From positions 1-62,494 of the IMG/VR virus record IMGVR_UViG_3300046786_000191: a stretch of DNA of 62,494 nt; one strand, 5' to 3'. Under the pieces are notes generated by a model. The model worked only from the letters and a program-made list of their open reading frames with translations, did no database searches and was not told the origin of the DNA. The position numbers were made by a program, and so were the translations under genes. The DNA comes from a virus (Duplodnaviria > Caudoviricetes). Shown here one piece after another: positions 35,901 to 45,550 of the stretch. The stretch's first letter is position 1. Each line of letters begins with the position of its first letter.

Positions 35901-36973
35901 GCGCCGCCCAACGCACCAAGGATCAAGTTGGCCGCTGAGTCTTCACCAATCTCTTTACTCTTAACAACGTTTTTAACGCCGATGTCTGAGGCTACGCCTT
36001 CAGTTACTTCCTGTACACCCTCTTCAAGTGATGATAGACCAGCGCCAGCGCCTGTACGTGCAATGACTGATTTGCCAGCCACCTTTTTGAGCATGTCATC
36101 AAATGCGCCCGTTACTAGCTTACCGGTAAATCGGTCACCAAATGTAGCTACAAGACCCTGCAAGACCGCACCGGTCTCAGCGGCTTTCTTGATAGTCAGG
36201 TCTCGTGCCTCTTCTTCGGATGCGCCGCCTTCAATCATAGAAGCGTAGAAGGGGCTATCCGCCATCAGCTTATCGTGAGGCAGCTTACCAATGTACTCAG
36301 CGGCGCTAGTGCCAGCTTCTTCTGCGGCCATCGCGCCGCCAGCCAAACCGCCAGCAGTAGGGCTTTTGGTTATTACAGCGGTAGCAATAACAGGGGCTAA
36401 CGAACCAAACACACTTGCGGCCTGCATTGCATAGCCACGCACGGTTGGGTTGGAGCCAAAATCAAGCTCCCCCTTAAAAATATTGCCCGTGACTTCAGAC
36501 TCTTTGATAGCCTTCTTAGTCTTCTCAGATACGCTATCTTCAATGCTCTGTTGTACGCCTTTACCAATTTTGTTCAGGGCGTTAGCACCGGGAATCTCAG
36601 GAATAGAAGCAACTGCACGTTGAGCCTGCAGCTTGCGGCGTGCTTTTTGTTCATCGGTCTCTGGACCAAATAAAATCTCTTCCGTGTCCAGACCCGGCTG
36701 GTACACAGATGAAGGCATGAGGGCTTCTGGTTCGCCCTCCATGGATTTACGTGCGGCCCCTTTGAGTCCTTTTTCTACACCCTCGGGGATGCCAGCAACT
36801 CCGCTGATTGCGGAACCTAATACCTTCTTAGTAAAGTCGGCGGCAGTTGTCCAAATACTGTCTGACTCGGGCTCAGCTTTTTTCTTTTCTGAGGCTTTAT
36901 CAAACTGATCGAAGAAGTTTCCAGACGGTTCTTTTTCTTTCGCAGTATCAAACTGGTCGAAAAAATTAGCCAT
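29978..36973 (-). CDS. Large internal virion/ejection protein (polyvalent-protein-like) with a zincin motif
   Basis: 2331 aa, last late gene; LLHETIHAA (HExxH) plus EFVSEAL; hydrophobic C-terminal region. Confidence 0.7.
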   Translation of the reverse strand: MANFFDQFDTAKEKEPSGNFFDQFDKASEKKKAEPESDSIWTTAADFTKKVLGSAISGVAGIPEGVEKGLKGAARKSMEGEPEALMPSSVYQPGLDTEEILFGPETDEQKARRKLQAQRAVASIPEIPGANALNKIGKGVQQSIEDSVSEKTKKAIKESEVTGNIFKGELDFGSNPTVRGYAMQAASVFGSLAPVIATAVITKSPTAGGLAGGAMAAEEAGTSAAEYIGKLPHDKLMADSPFYASMIEGGASEEEARDLTIKKAAETGAVLQGLVATFGDRFTGKLVTGAFDDMLKKVAGKSVIARTGAGAGLSSLEEGVQEVTEGVASDIGVKNVVKSKEIGEDSAANLILGALGGAGPGGYRGLKEGIADKYLRGDEKKTGKSVLDRLTEEEDVGQVIPPAGGESAGLAGEPGAGGPAGGIAGPEPDGMVSTRQDADTAAGGERQQPSTLDEFRRQYDELRTELADLISIQRPTDADLRRMKIVSQDLSDVVDANTDIIKDRNLIQQLKNPMFNGTPVLDALASQGAGEARGMQSDMFGTVKRVAQMARDAMAMAGGDVNKAIANLQATKQRYIAKLEAGGYDENWAITQAGEGMTAGEAIKSRQQLAEQHVNRLSEQIDQAVAQLQRQPKAMQGDLFGNQDEGDVYKLMAALEGKTQRKTKSERDMFGAEVEGEEETPAAPEPVQYDQKGEPIKAPDISTEHVAQTSEGEEVKDFFDLIEPVAETPTEQERHNSSKNVAAKAMLQYDIAAPGEGTSLGARTMLKYLTARVGGLDSFRALMDSLRRASPEEKGRLYTKAGLPDLTTRRGVEQFSDEVREYISQLSGKGVGVGMPKSGVYAERVTTGTAVTQKFGKTAEGKPRRPSQGVTENEHVIADSKLRGAVLAIKQAFAAGVKMSPQMSAAMTYLNNLNRDTFGQALSALAYDLAYYELDPKYFNANYGYFGEGGRYAKNFREWIKENLSPGTLAVLDEMVEEHKRTHEANVAYSKAITDYHESLKRYEERLAKEAKERATIEQKKVERKLKRISERVTETATEEGEATPDVEVSTKNLPTVQMLTELHPDMVRMLEAGDARGALELMAQMKGNPYYAELAQRLLDTNFTAQTRLVDADTMESLSNDPNIAKSLQERIDALRDVITAIYPTDQQGTLIADLRSGKLRTILSALAQIESSMDQVNASESNKQVLQSLIDLVNTQYAWSGKYDPATDTIVMRRGVGKLTNHLLLHETIHAAASHLLDNPERLSGFQRQGYDRLVELYEYAKTQLQQDGADIGAIYGLKDLHEFVSEALTNPVFQAKLRAYRYKAAPYSLQNRFTDAIRRLFNVKKGYESNVMAEAMLAADAMMAGTMSIEGMTVTTGPKAMATGKRKPKIMPKGMPNQPSTLRRWMQVRNWNQVKREFRNIDSALRPAFLGVLTLRQIDDLVAGRIPQISNFIKVTEDFLARKSNILEESAKISRRWELLQSKDPDMSRQLGAVMHSATIAEVDPDKANTAQRNANVQLMLDWNALDPEAKAIYREVRNFFQRRYANYKRLMNRRIIQMRQLGVSEATILEIRNEFEKGALKGPYFPLMRHGRFWYQIGRGASREYYMFESQGARDAHVEERLKRDPYLSQTIGDNIGNDYAKQMDLHAQQSAFLKEVFAAVDNADFAGLSTKEANDRKHELKDSFYQTFLQNQPDRSMRNQFIHRNSVEGFSQDALRNFASTSFNMAYQLARFEYSPEMFSQMDAARSQVKRRTPAGANYDPVLAAENDELRDFIKETELRLNAMLNPPDDGAWVSYFSNIGFIYYLTSVASAVTNVLGGIMIGVPTLVGQQVRANPKMGYTRAVANVMAQISKTVADIGLTGFGVETGGRIRDFRLLTPSLERSKNLTGAEMAAYKRFVADGLIDITAAYDQSGLASKPTEDYSGIPNKSMQVISFLFHHAERLNREVTAMSAFRAAMEKRAGYANQQQAFAEAIAEAKDVTNRSMFDYSAPNKPRYMQHPVARVVLQFKQFPQQMTFFLARNAYNSFKGLTEADRREARARFIGTMGMAGIMSGVTGLWGFSTVAAIIEAVFNFGMAPDDEDRLDFELEFMNWAVNTLGKEAGMLLGRGAFNALGYDFASKLKLDGMWIPDMRQNVDAETALNDAITKVLGPFVGMAQQGARAYNLFKTGHGDRALEAIMPAFVRQPLVAFRYSKEGATNLAGDKIVDEFSPFELAMQSLGFRTSELAERQYFNITKKGQAEGITKKRTEALNLFGLYFMTGDADGVDKALKQIVDFNERHPTDAIDVDGLVSSIEKKMQKSAKTDQGLYIDDKLRHIVTQDYVDKLKKESKPAEKKANYFDQFH

Positions 36974-36974
36974 C

Positions 36975-38429
36975 TTACGCTCCTAGTATTCTTGCTGCTG
37001 CACCTGCTCCGTATTTTGCATCAAATTGGGCTTTTAATGAAGGGTCTGCCTTCAATGCCTGAATAGCCGCTGGAGGCGGTGTTACTGCGCTACCTGCAAC
37101 TGACGTATCAGGAGTAACAGCCGCAACGCCTACATTCTTAGATACGTTCTTGCCCTTCTCTTTGCGGAGTTCTTCAAGACGTGTATCAATGTCGGCCAAA
37201 GCTTCAGTGGATTTTGCATCCTTTTTACCAACAAGAGTAGAGCGACGCAGCTTGAGCAGTTGGCCTTCTTTGTCGGCGTCTACTAACTTCTCAATAGCAA
37301 TCGCACGTTCTTGGGATTTATCAGGGCCAGTGTAACGAACGCCCATGCGGGCTTCGTTGACATCGCGATACTGCTGCATATAAGCATCTGCCGCCGCATC
37401 GCCGTCTTTGGCGCGAATTGCTGCGGCCTCGCGCATAACGCGTTCAGCTTCTCCGGGCTTGTTCTGACCTTCACGTTGGACTTGATGTCCTTCGCGGGCA
37501 ACTTGAGCTTGAAGCTGGGCCACTTCAATACCCTTCTCAATCTCAGCGCCTTTGACGCTAACTTCGGCTTTGAGCTTCTGGGCGTCACGTTTCTGTGTAT
37601 CGTATTTGTCAAACAGGGAGACGGCCTTGTCTGTCTGGCCATCATTACGTGCTTGTTGTGCAGCGGCCAAAGTCATTTCAGACTGGCGAAGTGCGCGGTT
37701 AGCTTCACGTGTCTCTTTGTCCAACTTCTGCAACTCTGTACCAAACGCTGCGCCAGCGGCAGCAAGACCCGGCACGATCGCACCGAGGCCTTTGCCAGTA
37801 GAAGGCTTCTCAACAGCGGCTTTAGCCGCAGCCAGCAAAGCGTACCCCGTGTTCTCATCTTTTTTGCCAGCAAGTTCTTTGCGCTCTCTGGCAATGTCTT
37901 CAAGATACGGGGCCATACGGTCCGCGCCATACAGTTTGCTAACAAATTCTCGCTGCCCAGTTATGCCAGCTTCACGGTCTGCAAAAGATGTTGGGTCTTG
38001 AATGCTGGTAAAAGCGTCTTTAAGGTAATCAGAACTAGATTTGCCGCCGCTTGCAAACGCAACGATGCCGCCTTCTGCGTAATCGTGATCCGGTGTTGGC
38101 ATGCCCGCCAAGCCACCAGAGGCGGCTCCTACTGGCGCAGGTGCTGCTGCTTGCTGCGCCATAACAGGCTGACCAGCCATGGCCGCCAAGCCCATAGGCT
38201 GAGCAGGAGTAACAGCATCTTCTGCAAGAGAAGGCATCTCACCAGAGAACCCTCTGGCTTGCTGCGCCATGGCTGTGCGATCTGACTCTTTCAATAACTG
38301 AAGCGCACGCAGAGCACTGAACGCGTCAAGTTCTTGATCGCGTACAGGCTGGCCCATTAACACGGCCATCAAGGGTGATCGGTCTTGCTTGTAACGCTCG
38401 GCAAGAATGGAGGCCTTATCAATTCCCAT
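36975..38429 (-). CDS. Putative internal virion/ejection protein
   Basis: 484 aa, helical and A/K/E-rich; YAEGG/FASGG motifs. Confidence 0.6.
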   Translation of the reverse strand: MGIDKASILAERYKQDRSPLMAVLMGQPVRDQELDAFSALRALQLLKESDRTAMAQQARGFSGEMPSLAEDAVTPAQPMGLAAMAGQPVMAQQAAAPAPVGAASGGLAGMPTPDHDYAEGGIVAFASGGKSSSDYLKDAFTSIQDPTSFADREAGITGQREFVSKLYGADRMAPYLEDIARERKELAGKKDENTGYALLAAAKAAVEKPSTGKGLGAIVPGLAAAGAAFGTELQKLDKETREANRALRQSEMTLAAAQQARNDGQTDKAVSLFDKYDTQKRDAQKLKAEVSVKGAEIEKGIEVAQLQAQVAREGHQVQREGQNKPGEAERVMREAAAIRAKDGDAAADAYMQQYRDVNEARMGVRYTGPDKSQERAIAIEKLVDADKEGQLLKLRRSTLVGKKDAKSTEALADIDTRLEELRKEKGKNVSKNVGVAAVTPDTSVAGSAVTPPPAAIQALKADPSLKAQFDAKYGAGAAARILGA

Positions 38430-38438
38430 GATTATTCC

Positions 38439-39488
38439 TTAGACCAAGTTGTTCAGGGCTAATGCGCCCAAGCCACCAGAGCGAGTCGTACCGCCTTCAG
38501 CCATGCCTGCCAGTTTGCTTATGCCCGCTGCACCAAGGCCAAGAGACATAATGTTCTGCGCAGTTGATGGCGGCGCTTGATACAAAGCTGAGCCAGTCTG
38601 AGTCAGAGGCACGCCACGAATAATGTCGGACATGAAGCCCAGTTGTTTGTACGGGTAGTTCTGGTAGTTCAAGAAATCTTGATACTTGGTATCAATATCC
38701 TTCTGCATCTGCGCTTGCTGCTGCAGACCGTACTGGTTCTGCAACGCATTGATGCCCATGTTCTGTTGATACTGCTGGCCGCCCAAAGCGCCCAGTGCGT
38801 TAGACGCAGTCAACGCTGTTTGCAGACCTTGCAAACCCAGACCCGCGCCAAACTGACCTTGTTGCGCGTTTAGTTGAGCTGCGTTCTGTGTCGCAGCTTG
38901 CTCAGCGTTAAACTGACCCATGCCTTGTTGGTAGGCGGCTTGCTGGCCTTGCGCCATGATGTCGCCTTTTTGACGGGCCAAGTTACCTGCGGCTTGCGCA
39001 CGCATGAGGTAATCACCACTGCCACCAAAAGCGCCGGAACGAGCAGCCTGTGCGCCTTGAGCCTGACGAGCGATGTCAGCTTGACGTTGGGCATCAGCTT
39101 GTTGGCGCTGCACCACATTAGCCATGTACGGAGACATGTAGCTCTCGGCCATGCCGGGACTAGTGAACGACTTGGTTTGGTATGGGTTGTACGTGTAGTT
39201 GGTGTTCAACGCACCAAGGCCAGCCGAGCCCGCCATAGCAGTTGCGTCTTGCAACTGAGGCTGAGTTTGCATTAATGCCGCGTTCTCAAACGACATTTGC
39301 TGCAATGGAGAGAACTGAGCAACACGCTCTCCCTGATACTGCATGTATGGGTTGGTGGAAGTATCAGTAACCGCCTGTGCCTGACCCAGCAACTGCTGTG
39401 CGTAGGGCGCAACTTCCGGCGCAAAGCCGTACTGTGTTTGCTGTACTTGCGTAGGTTCTGTATAACCAAGTGTTGGATCGTATGCCAT
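38439..39488 (-). CDS. Putative ejection/DNA transfer protein
   Basis: 349 aa, Q/A/G-rich; SGAFGGSG motif. Confidence 0.6.
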   Translation of the reverse strand: MAYDPTLGYTEPTQVQQTQYGFAPEVAPYAQQLLGQAQAVTDTSTNPYMQYQGERVAQFSPLQQMSFENAALMQTQPQLQDATAMAGSAGLGALNTNYTYNPYQTKSFTSPGMAESYMSPYMANVVQRQQADAQRQADIARQAQGAQAARSGAFGGSGDYLMRAQAAGNLARQKGDIMAQGQQAAYQQGMGQFNAEQAATQNAAQLNAQQGQFGAGLGLQGLQTALTASNALGALGGQQYQQNMGINALQNQYGLQQQAQMQKDIDTKYQDFLNYQNYPYKQLGFMSDIIRGVPLTQTGSALYQAPPSTAQNIMSLGLGAAGISKLAGMAEGGTTRSGGLGALALNNLV

Positions 39489-39497
39489 GTCTTTTCC

Positions 39498-42293
39498 TTA
39501 TGCGGGAAGATATTTGTCGGCGCGGCTGTTCTTAGCCACTTTGCCTTTGCCAATTGAGTGACGGCGCGCTGACTGAACTCTGTCCATCATTGCGTATAAC
39601 TTACGTGCGCCAGCTTCGGTTGAGCCGTTACCTAACTCAGACACAATACGTGCGGGTACTACGAATTCACCGTCGGCTAAACGTGCAGGACGTCTGTCGC
39701 CAATTGTTGCTGGGATGGAATCAGATACGCCATCACCGGGGCCACGAAGCAGCCGACCGCCATCAGAGTAACCACCAAGATTAAACTGCTCAGCCATTCC
39801 GCCACCAGCTAACGCCATCAAGCCGCCTTCTTTGGCTTTCTTGGTATATGCACGTCCTTGTGGTTTGCCGTAGGATATGTAGTGGTTCCACGCAGCGGCG
39901 GCAAGATCAGATTTGCTACCAAAGTTAGCTTTACCAGCATCTAGCTCAGCTTGCACATCTGGGTTAGCCTTTAAGTATGCGGCATAGTCGAAGTTAGCTT
40001 TTTCATCCGCAGCTTCTTGGTCCGCAACCTTTGTGGGGTCTAGCTTACCGGAGGAATCAGTCAATGATTGCGCAGAAGAATACAGCTTGCTGACCTCATT
40101 AATAGGTTTGCCCGACGCAGTTGCAATCTGTTCAGGCGACAAGTTATTTGTAGTCGCCCATTCGTAGAACGCAGTGTTAGATGGGTTAGTAGCCATAAAG
40201 CTAGACACATCTTTATTAGTCAAAGCGTAAGACACTTTGCCCTTTGAATCCCGAGTTGGAATGGCGTAGTCAGGATTGATCTTGTACTGTTTAGTAGCAG
40301 GATCAAACAAGTACATCTTCTTAGAAGAAGACGTTGGGATGCCCAGAACCGACTCGGCGTAGGGCTTCATTATTTCACCGGTAGGTGTAACAGGCGTTGC
40401 AGAGTACGGGGTTTTACCCATCAGGTAATCAAGCGCAGCTTTAGAACCACCGGTGTTTTTGTACTTAGCGTTAAATTCGTCAATTGTCTTGGGTGTGTAA
40501 GACGTAAAGCCTAAATTACCACCACCTTTAGTGTACGCATCACGCAGGCTTTCCATTCCAGTAAACCCACCTTCTGGAATACCGGGAATGTTAGGGCGAG
40601 TTGTGATTGTGCCGTTGGGGTTGACAGTTGTAATACCTGCACCGCTTACACCGACTGGTAGTGCTGTTTTGTCCGCTGTAGCAATGTCAGTTGGTGTAGT
40701 TACAGTAGTAGTTGTGTTTTGCGTTGCACTAATATTTGGCACGCATGAAAGGCCGTCCGCGCTTAAATGATACCCAGTTGGGCAAGTAATTGCGTCTGGT
40801 TTTTTTACTACTGGTTTAGCTGTAAACAGGTTACCAAAGTCTTTACCTGTTGCTGCTTTAACATCTGCTACGCTAACACCAGTGCGAGCCAATTCAGCAA
40901 GCGCTGCATTTTGTGCATCGGCAACGGATATTTTTCCAGCGTTGATGTTGTTTTGCAGGCCACTTGTAACATAGTTAATGTTGCCGTACAGACCTTCTAA
41001 ACCACCTTTGTCGCCGGGCAAAGCGCCCGCTGTATATCCAATGTCTTGATACAACGTAAGTGGTTTACCTTGCGCATCTACAAGACCATTCTTAAGGTCA
41101 AGGTCATTCATAGAATGCGTCAAAGCGTATTGAGCACCTTGAGACAGCCCTGCATTCTGCATAGCCGCTGCTAATCCTTGATCCTGCAAACCAACAGCTT
41201 TTGTGGCTGCCAAAAATTCATTTGCGTCTGTACCGGGGGCAACAAGCGTGTTTACAAAACGTTTTTCGTAGTCGGCCTGCTGGTTTTGCGTACCAGTAGC
41301 ACGAGCAATGTCGGCAGCAGACACACCAAACTTTTGCATGTCAGCGGCAATCTGAGTATCAGAAAGGTTGGGGGTCTGGAAGTACTTAAAAATATCTGCA
41401 TCGGTGGGCTTATAGCCACCATCTGCGTAGCCGGGTACGCCGCCTTCAGCCATACGCACAACAGGCTCACTCTTCTGAGTAAAGTCCAACATGCCGGGGC
41501 TGTAGCCGCCGTCAGCCATGCCCATCAACCCACCTTCAGCAGCGCGATATGGAGTAGCGGCAGTATATGTACCGCTGTATGGGTCGAACGAATAAGGCGT
41601 AATCATGCCGGGACGAGTAACTGTCTTGGGCATGTTTTCTTTGGCACTTAACTCAGCCATGATAGCTGGGCCAGCGGCGTACAACAAAGGTTTGGCGTTG
41701 TCTTTAAGGTACTGCATAGGGTTTTTTGATGCGGTATCAAACCCTTTAGATAGCAGTTCACCAGAGGTTGTTTTGCCGGTTATTTCTGACATGCCTTGTT
41801 GCATTGCGCCTTCATCAATAGCTTGGCGCTTTAACACATCAATTGCTTCTGGAGAAAAACCTTGAGCTGCCCCATAAGCAGCAGCTTCTGATCCAGCTAA
41901 TGCTCCGGCTTCGTTTGCCAAAGTTGTACTGCCCGCGGTTGTCAAACCACTAGTTAAACTTGCGCCGCCGTAAGCTCCAAGACCCGCACTAATGCCGCGA
42001 CCTAAATCCCCAGTTCGCGCCGTCTCTACACCACCAACAATAGTAGCCGCAGTCATCGGGTCAATAGTGCCACCCGAGAAAAAGCTAATACCCGCGCCAA
42101 TAATGGTCGGTAACAATTTCTCTAAAAAGTTAGCTTCGGGTAAACCCGTATCTGGGTTGATGGTCAACGTGCCGCCATGTTTCATGGCCAAAGCTTGTAG
42201 CCCCTGCACTTCGCTGGGGGTCATGTGAACAAGCATCGAATCGCCGTTGCGACCCTTTGATGCCATGTGGTCGGCTAGTACTGCAAGGCTCAT
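39498..42293 (-). CDS. Putative internal virion protein
   Basis: 931 aa; GRNGDSMLVHM..INPDTGLPEA N-terminus and GPGDGVSDSIPA..ARLADGEFV C-terminal domain. Confidence 0.65.
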   Translation of the reverse strand: MSLAVLADHMASKGRNGDSMLVHMTPSEVQGLQALAMKHGGTLTINPDTGLPEANFLEKLLPTIIGAGISFFSGGTIDPMTAATIVGGVETARTGDLGRGISAGLGAYGGASLTSGLTTAGSTTLANEAGALAGSEAAAYGAAQGFSPEAIDVLKRQAIDEGAMQQGMSEITGKTTSGELLSKGFDTASKNPMQYLKDNAKPLLYAAGPAIMAELSAKENMPKTVTRPGMITPYSFDPYSGTYTAATPYRAAEGGLMGMADGGYSPGMLDFTQKSEPVVRMAEGGVPGYADGGYKPTDADIFKYFQTPNLSDTQIAADMQKFGVSAADIARATGTQNQQADYEKRFVNTLVAPGTDANEFLAATKAVGLQDQGLAAAMQNAGLSQGAQYALTHSMNDLDLKNGLVDAQGKPLTLYQDIGYTAGALPGDKGGLEGLYGNINYVTSGLQNNINAGKISVADAQNAALAELARTGVSVADVKAATGKDFGNLFTAKPVVKKPDAITCPTGYHLSADGLSCVPNISATQNTTTTVTTPTDIATADKTALPVGVSGAGITTVNPNGTITTRPNIPGIPEGGFTGMESLRDAYTKGGGNLGFTSYTPKTIDEFNAKYKNTGGSKAALDYLMGKTPYSATPVTPTGEIMKPYAESVLGIPTSSSKKMYLFDPATKQYKINPDYAIPTRDSKGKVSYALTNKDVSSFMATNPSNTAFYEWATTNNLSPEQIATASGKPINEVSKLYSSAQSLTDSSGKLDPTKVADQEAADEKANFDYAAYLKANPDVQAELDAGKANFGSKSDLAAAAWNHYISYGKPQGRAYTKKAKEGGLMALAGGGMAEQFNLGGYSDGGRLLRGPGDGVSDSIPATIGDRRPARLADGEFVVPARIVSELGNGSTEAGARKLYAMMDRVQSARRHSIGKGKVAKNSRADKYLPA

Positions 42294-42327
42294 ATTTGCC
42301 TCTCAAAATGGGGGTTGTTTGATAATA

Positions 42328-42978
42328 TCATGTTGGTAGCGCAGACACAAATGAAAGTGTGGCTACGACCGACTGTGTGGATGGGCGGGTTGGCCCTGTT
42401 AAAGTTGGGTACGCCTGAATGGTCACAGATGCAAGCGTGGCTGACCAATAGATTTGAATGTAGTCGCCTGCATTCATTGACACATAGTAGTTCCAACCAA
42501 TGATTTCATGGGCTTCTTCGCCCGCTGACGCGCTTTTACGGGCAGGGATTGATACATACCCAGTTGATCCGGGAATGTCTGTGCCGTTCTGTCGCAGCCA
42601 AATACTGATGTCTTGAATCTGATTGTCTGTGTTTTGGAACTGCGTGCTAAACTGCAAGTTGTACACACCGGCGTTGTCCACAATAATTTTTGAAGAGCTG
42701 ATGCTTACACCATTGGCAAAGTCTGTGGTGTTCAGCGTCATCAACGTAGCGGTATTGGCAGTTGTTGTCTGGTCTACGCTACTGGAAAACGCTCCGTGAG
42801 GAAACGCCAAATACCTGCCGCCTGCATTACCAAGCAGTTCTGCCAGTGAATTGCGCAGTTGGTTGAAGTACAAGCGCAAAACGTTGGAATATTGATCCTG
42901 AAAGCGGCGCTCGTACTCTTGCGTACCCAACGGTAAGTTGGGGGGTGCTGGGTTAATAATCCGGTTGGTCGTTGCCAT
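42328..42978 (-). CDS. Virion protein with a C1q/TNF-like jelly-roll domain
   Basis: HGAF...AGVYNLQFSTQF...MNAGDYIQIYW. Confidence 0.5.
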   Translation of the reverse strand: MATTNRIINPAPPNLPLGTQEYERRFQDQYSNVLRLYFNQLRNSLAELLGNAGGRYLAFPHGAFSSSVDQTTTANTATLMTLNTTDFANGVSISSSKIIVDNAGVYNLQFSTQFQNTDNQIQDISIWLRQNGTDIPGSTGYVSIPARKSASAGEEAHEIIGWNYYVSMNAGDYIQIYWSATLASVTIQAYPTLTGPTRPSTQSVVATLSFVSALPT

Positions 42979-45038
42979 CAACGTCTGCCGTCAGGACGGA
43001 TGTCAATACGAGGAGCGCCAAGCTGCCACGTAGTATTGATTTGGTTAGAGCTAATCTTAAAGATCATCTGGCGACCGCGCATACGCGTGAAGATCATGCC
43101 GGAGAACTCTTCGGTAATGTAGTATGCGGATGACTTGCGTACCGGCTGGCTTGCATCGCTTGTAACGCCCGAGCCTGAGTTAGCCAAACCATACAACTCC
43201 ATAGTCACCGTAGCCTGATCGCCGGTTGGTGATGTGGTAGCGTTCTCAAAAGTCAAGTCCGGAAGGATACGCCAGACAAAACCAAAGTTATGGCCGTCAC
43301 CAATATCGAACTCAGACGAGCTAATATAAGCGTTGATTGCAGCAGTTGTAGCGGTCTCGTTGTTGTTAATACCTTGTTCGTGGTTGACCAAGTTATTGCT
43401 GTACGTAGCTGCCAACGGATAATCACGCAAACCAGAATCTAACCAAGCTGTTCTAGCCAACGTGCCGTAGTACCAGATTTTTTCTGCGTAGTTGTAGATA
43501 GCGTATCGGTCAACCGTAAAACTACCGGCGGAGCAATAGAACCACCACACCTCGTTAAAGCCTTCACTTGTGCCACAGAAAACTTGTGCGGCTTGCTCTT
43601 GGTTAATGTCTTGGAAAATGTAACGACGTAGGTCACAGTTAAGCGTTTGCACACGACCGTCATAGGAGTAGAACTTGTCCACGCCCATCCAGTACACAAT
43701 ACCAGAAGCAATTACAGCGGCGTTAGGACTAATGATAGAGATGTTGTCACCCAGCAACTGAGGTGCCCACACATACGGAGGGCCAAGGTACTGGAGCGAA
43801 TAGACGCTGGAATCTGTAAACACCACAATCTCTTGACGAGTCTGAACTGTTGTAACAATCTCAGAGCCATGGGATAACCGCACAAAACCTGCTTGGTTGG
43901 TAGGGTCTGGCGTCCAGTTGTAAATATCGTCTTGCGCTGACCAGCGAATCAACATCGGGTCGATGGTTGAACTGCCGTAATCGTTTGTGCCAAACACAAT
44001 CAAGAAGCGCGAAGTGTCAGACACAGTAAATGTGTTTTGAATGGTAGGCGCATCAACAATTTTGGATACAGAACCAGAACCGGAAGAAGATGTGTTGACC
44101 TCTGCGCCAGCGCCATCGAGTAGGTTAAAAGTCAGGCCATTGACTTGGTACGCATAGTACGTAGTTCCCGCAGTAATACCTGTGGGTAAAGAACCGCCAG
44201 AGAACTGGAGTGCTGCGCCTTCGGTGTAAAGTATGGTGGAGGTGACCAACGTGGGAGAAGCATTGGTAAATGTAACTGTGCCGCCAAGGGTGTTTAGTGC
44301 AGTCCCGCGTACAGTTAGACCGGCAGTAGCGTCCCAGTAATAGATATTGCCACCACGAGGGCCGTAGATTAAGTCTTCGCCGTAGTTGATTTGGTTCCAC
44401 AACTGAAGACCGATTGTCGAAGTTCCACCTGTGCCCCATACACCAGAACCCCAAGCACCCGCGCCCCATCCAGTAAGCGGTACAGCATAAGCAGGACCAG
44501 CGTTTACCTGATATGCAGCAACAACCGCAGAGCCACCATAAGAGCCAGCGGTCAACGCTGTAGGTACAGTAATTGTGTACGAGTTAGCGTTGACTACCGT
44601 GATTTGGTATTCGGCATTAAATGTGGAAGCGTACGTGCCTGTTGCACCACTAAACGTAACAAAAGAGCCAGTAGTTGCACCGTGACTTGCAGATGTAACA
44701 GTAACTGTGGTTGTGCCGTTGGCCGTAAAAGGGTTTGTGCCAAGCGTTACAGTTGAGCGAATTGGGGTAACGTCATAGTACGCACCACCATTTTGAATGT
44801 AGAACTTAGTATTAGTTCCAACACCAACAAGATTTAAATTGCCAAGCGTTACCCAGTTCCACAATGAGCGACACACACCGTTGTAGGTATAGCCTGAGAT
44901 ACGCTGCCAGCCGCCAATAACTTCTGGATTGCCTTGGCGGAAACGGATTTTGTCGCACTCATACCAACCACCTTCCGTGGTGTAGCGCGTGTTCTCCCGG
45001 TTGACGCCCGGCTTAAACAGAATTTTTTGTAATGGCAT
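42978..45038 (-). CDS. Putative tail nozzle/tubular protein B-like
   Basis: 686 aa, beta-rich; LIRWS.QD, EVWWFY motifs; precedes the ejection genes. Confidence 0.6.
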   Translation of the reverse strand: MPLQKILFKPGVNRENTRYTTEGGWYECDKIRFRQGNPEVIGGWQRISGYTYNGVCRSLWNWVTLGNLNLVGVGTNTKFYIQNGGAYYDVTPIRSTVTLGTNPFTANGTTTVTVTSASHGATTGSFVTFSGATGTYASTFNAEYQITVVNANSYTITVPTALTAGSYGGSAVVAAYQVNAGPAYAVPLTGWGAGAWGSGVWGTGGTSTIGLQLWNQINYGEDLIYGPRGGNIYYWDATAGLTVRGTALNTLGGTVTFTNASPTLVTSTILYTEGAALQFSGGSLPTGITAGTTYYAYQVNGLTFNLLDGAGAEVNTSSSGSGSVSKIVDAPTIQNTFTVSDTSRFLIVFGTNDYGSSTIDPMLIRWSAQDDIYNWTPDPTNQAGFVRLSHGSEIVTTVQTRQEIVVFTDSSVYSLQYLGPPYVWAPQLLGDNISIISPNAAVIASGIVYWMGVDKFYSYDGRVQTLNCDLRRYIFQDINQEQAAQVFCGTSEGFNEVWWFYCSAGSFTVDRYAIYNYAEKIWYYGTLARTAWLDSGLRDYPLAATYSNNLVNHEQGINNNETATTAAINAYISSSEFDIGDGHNFGFVWRILPDLTFENATTSPTGDQATVTMELYGLANSGSGVTSDASQPVRKSSAYYITEEFSGMIFTRMRGRQMIFKISSNQINTTWQLGAPRIDIRPDGRR

Positions 45039-45046
45039 CGGCAGTC

Positions 45047-45550
45047 CTAGGATAGAAACAGTGCTTTTTCAGCGTCCCTGCGCTTTTTTAGCCCTGCAAG
45101 TATTTTGCCACCGCCCATGCAATACAGCAAGAGTGCATCGGCTGCGCCTTCCCAATCACCACGGTTTATCTTCATCCGAATAGAAGACCGCTGAAAACCG
45201 CCCAGTCCGGCGTTGAAGGCAAAACTGACGCACGCGTCGAAAGCCCCTTGACGACTAGATAGAGGGGGAGCAAGTCTAAGAACACCGCGTTCAGTAGGGC
45301 CGACGTCATCCTCGAATAGTTTAATGATCTCTTCTTTTGACCAAACACGGTTGTCCTCCGGTTTTAATGGGTATTCACTACGCAGCATACCTGTGTAACC
45401 ATTTACACGTATCACGGGCAGTTTGATCTGATCTTGATAAAGTACGTGCCCGTAGCCAATCGTCCAGATATGAGCAGGGCACAGGTATGGTTTGTTCCTG
45501 TACCCCTCGTACTGGTGCATCAGTTTAGCGCCAGCTTCGCTCAGTTTCAC
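45047..45550 (-). CDS. Endolysin (GH24 lysozyme)
   Basis: YEG....YLCPAHIWTIGYGH, FDACVSFAFNAG, GLKKRRDAEKALF. Confidence 0.9.
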   Translation of the reverse strand: MKLSEAGAKLMHQYEGYRNKPYLCPAHIWTIGYGHVLYQDQIKLPVIRVNGYTGMLRSEYPLKPEDNRVWSKEEIIKLFEDDVGPTERGVLRLAPPLSSRQGAFDACVSFAFNAGLGGFQRSSIRMKINRGDWEGAADALLLYCMGGGKILAGLKKRRDAEKALFLS

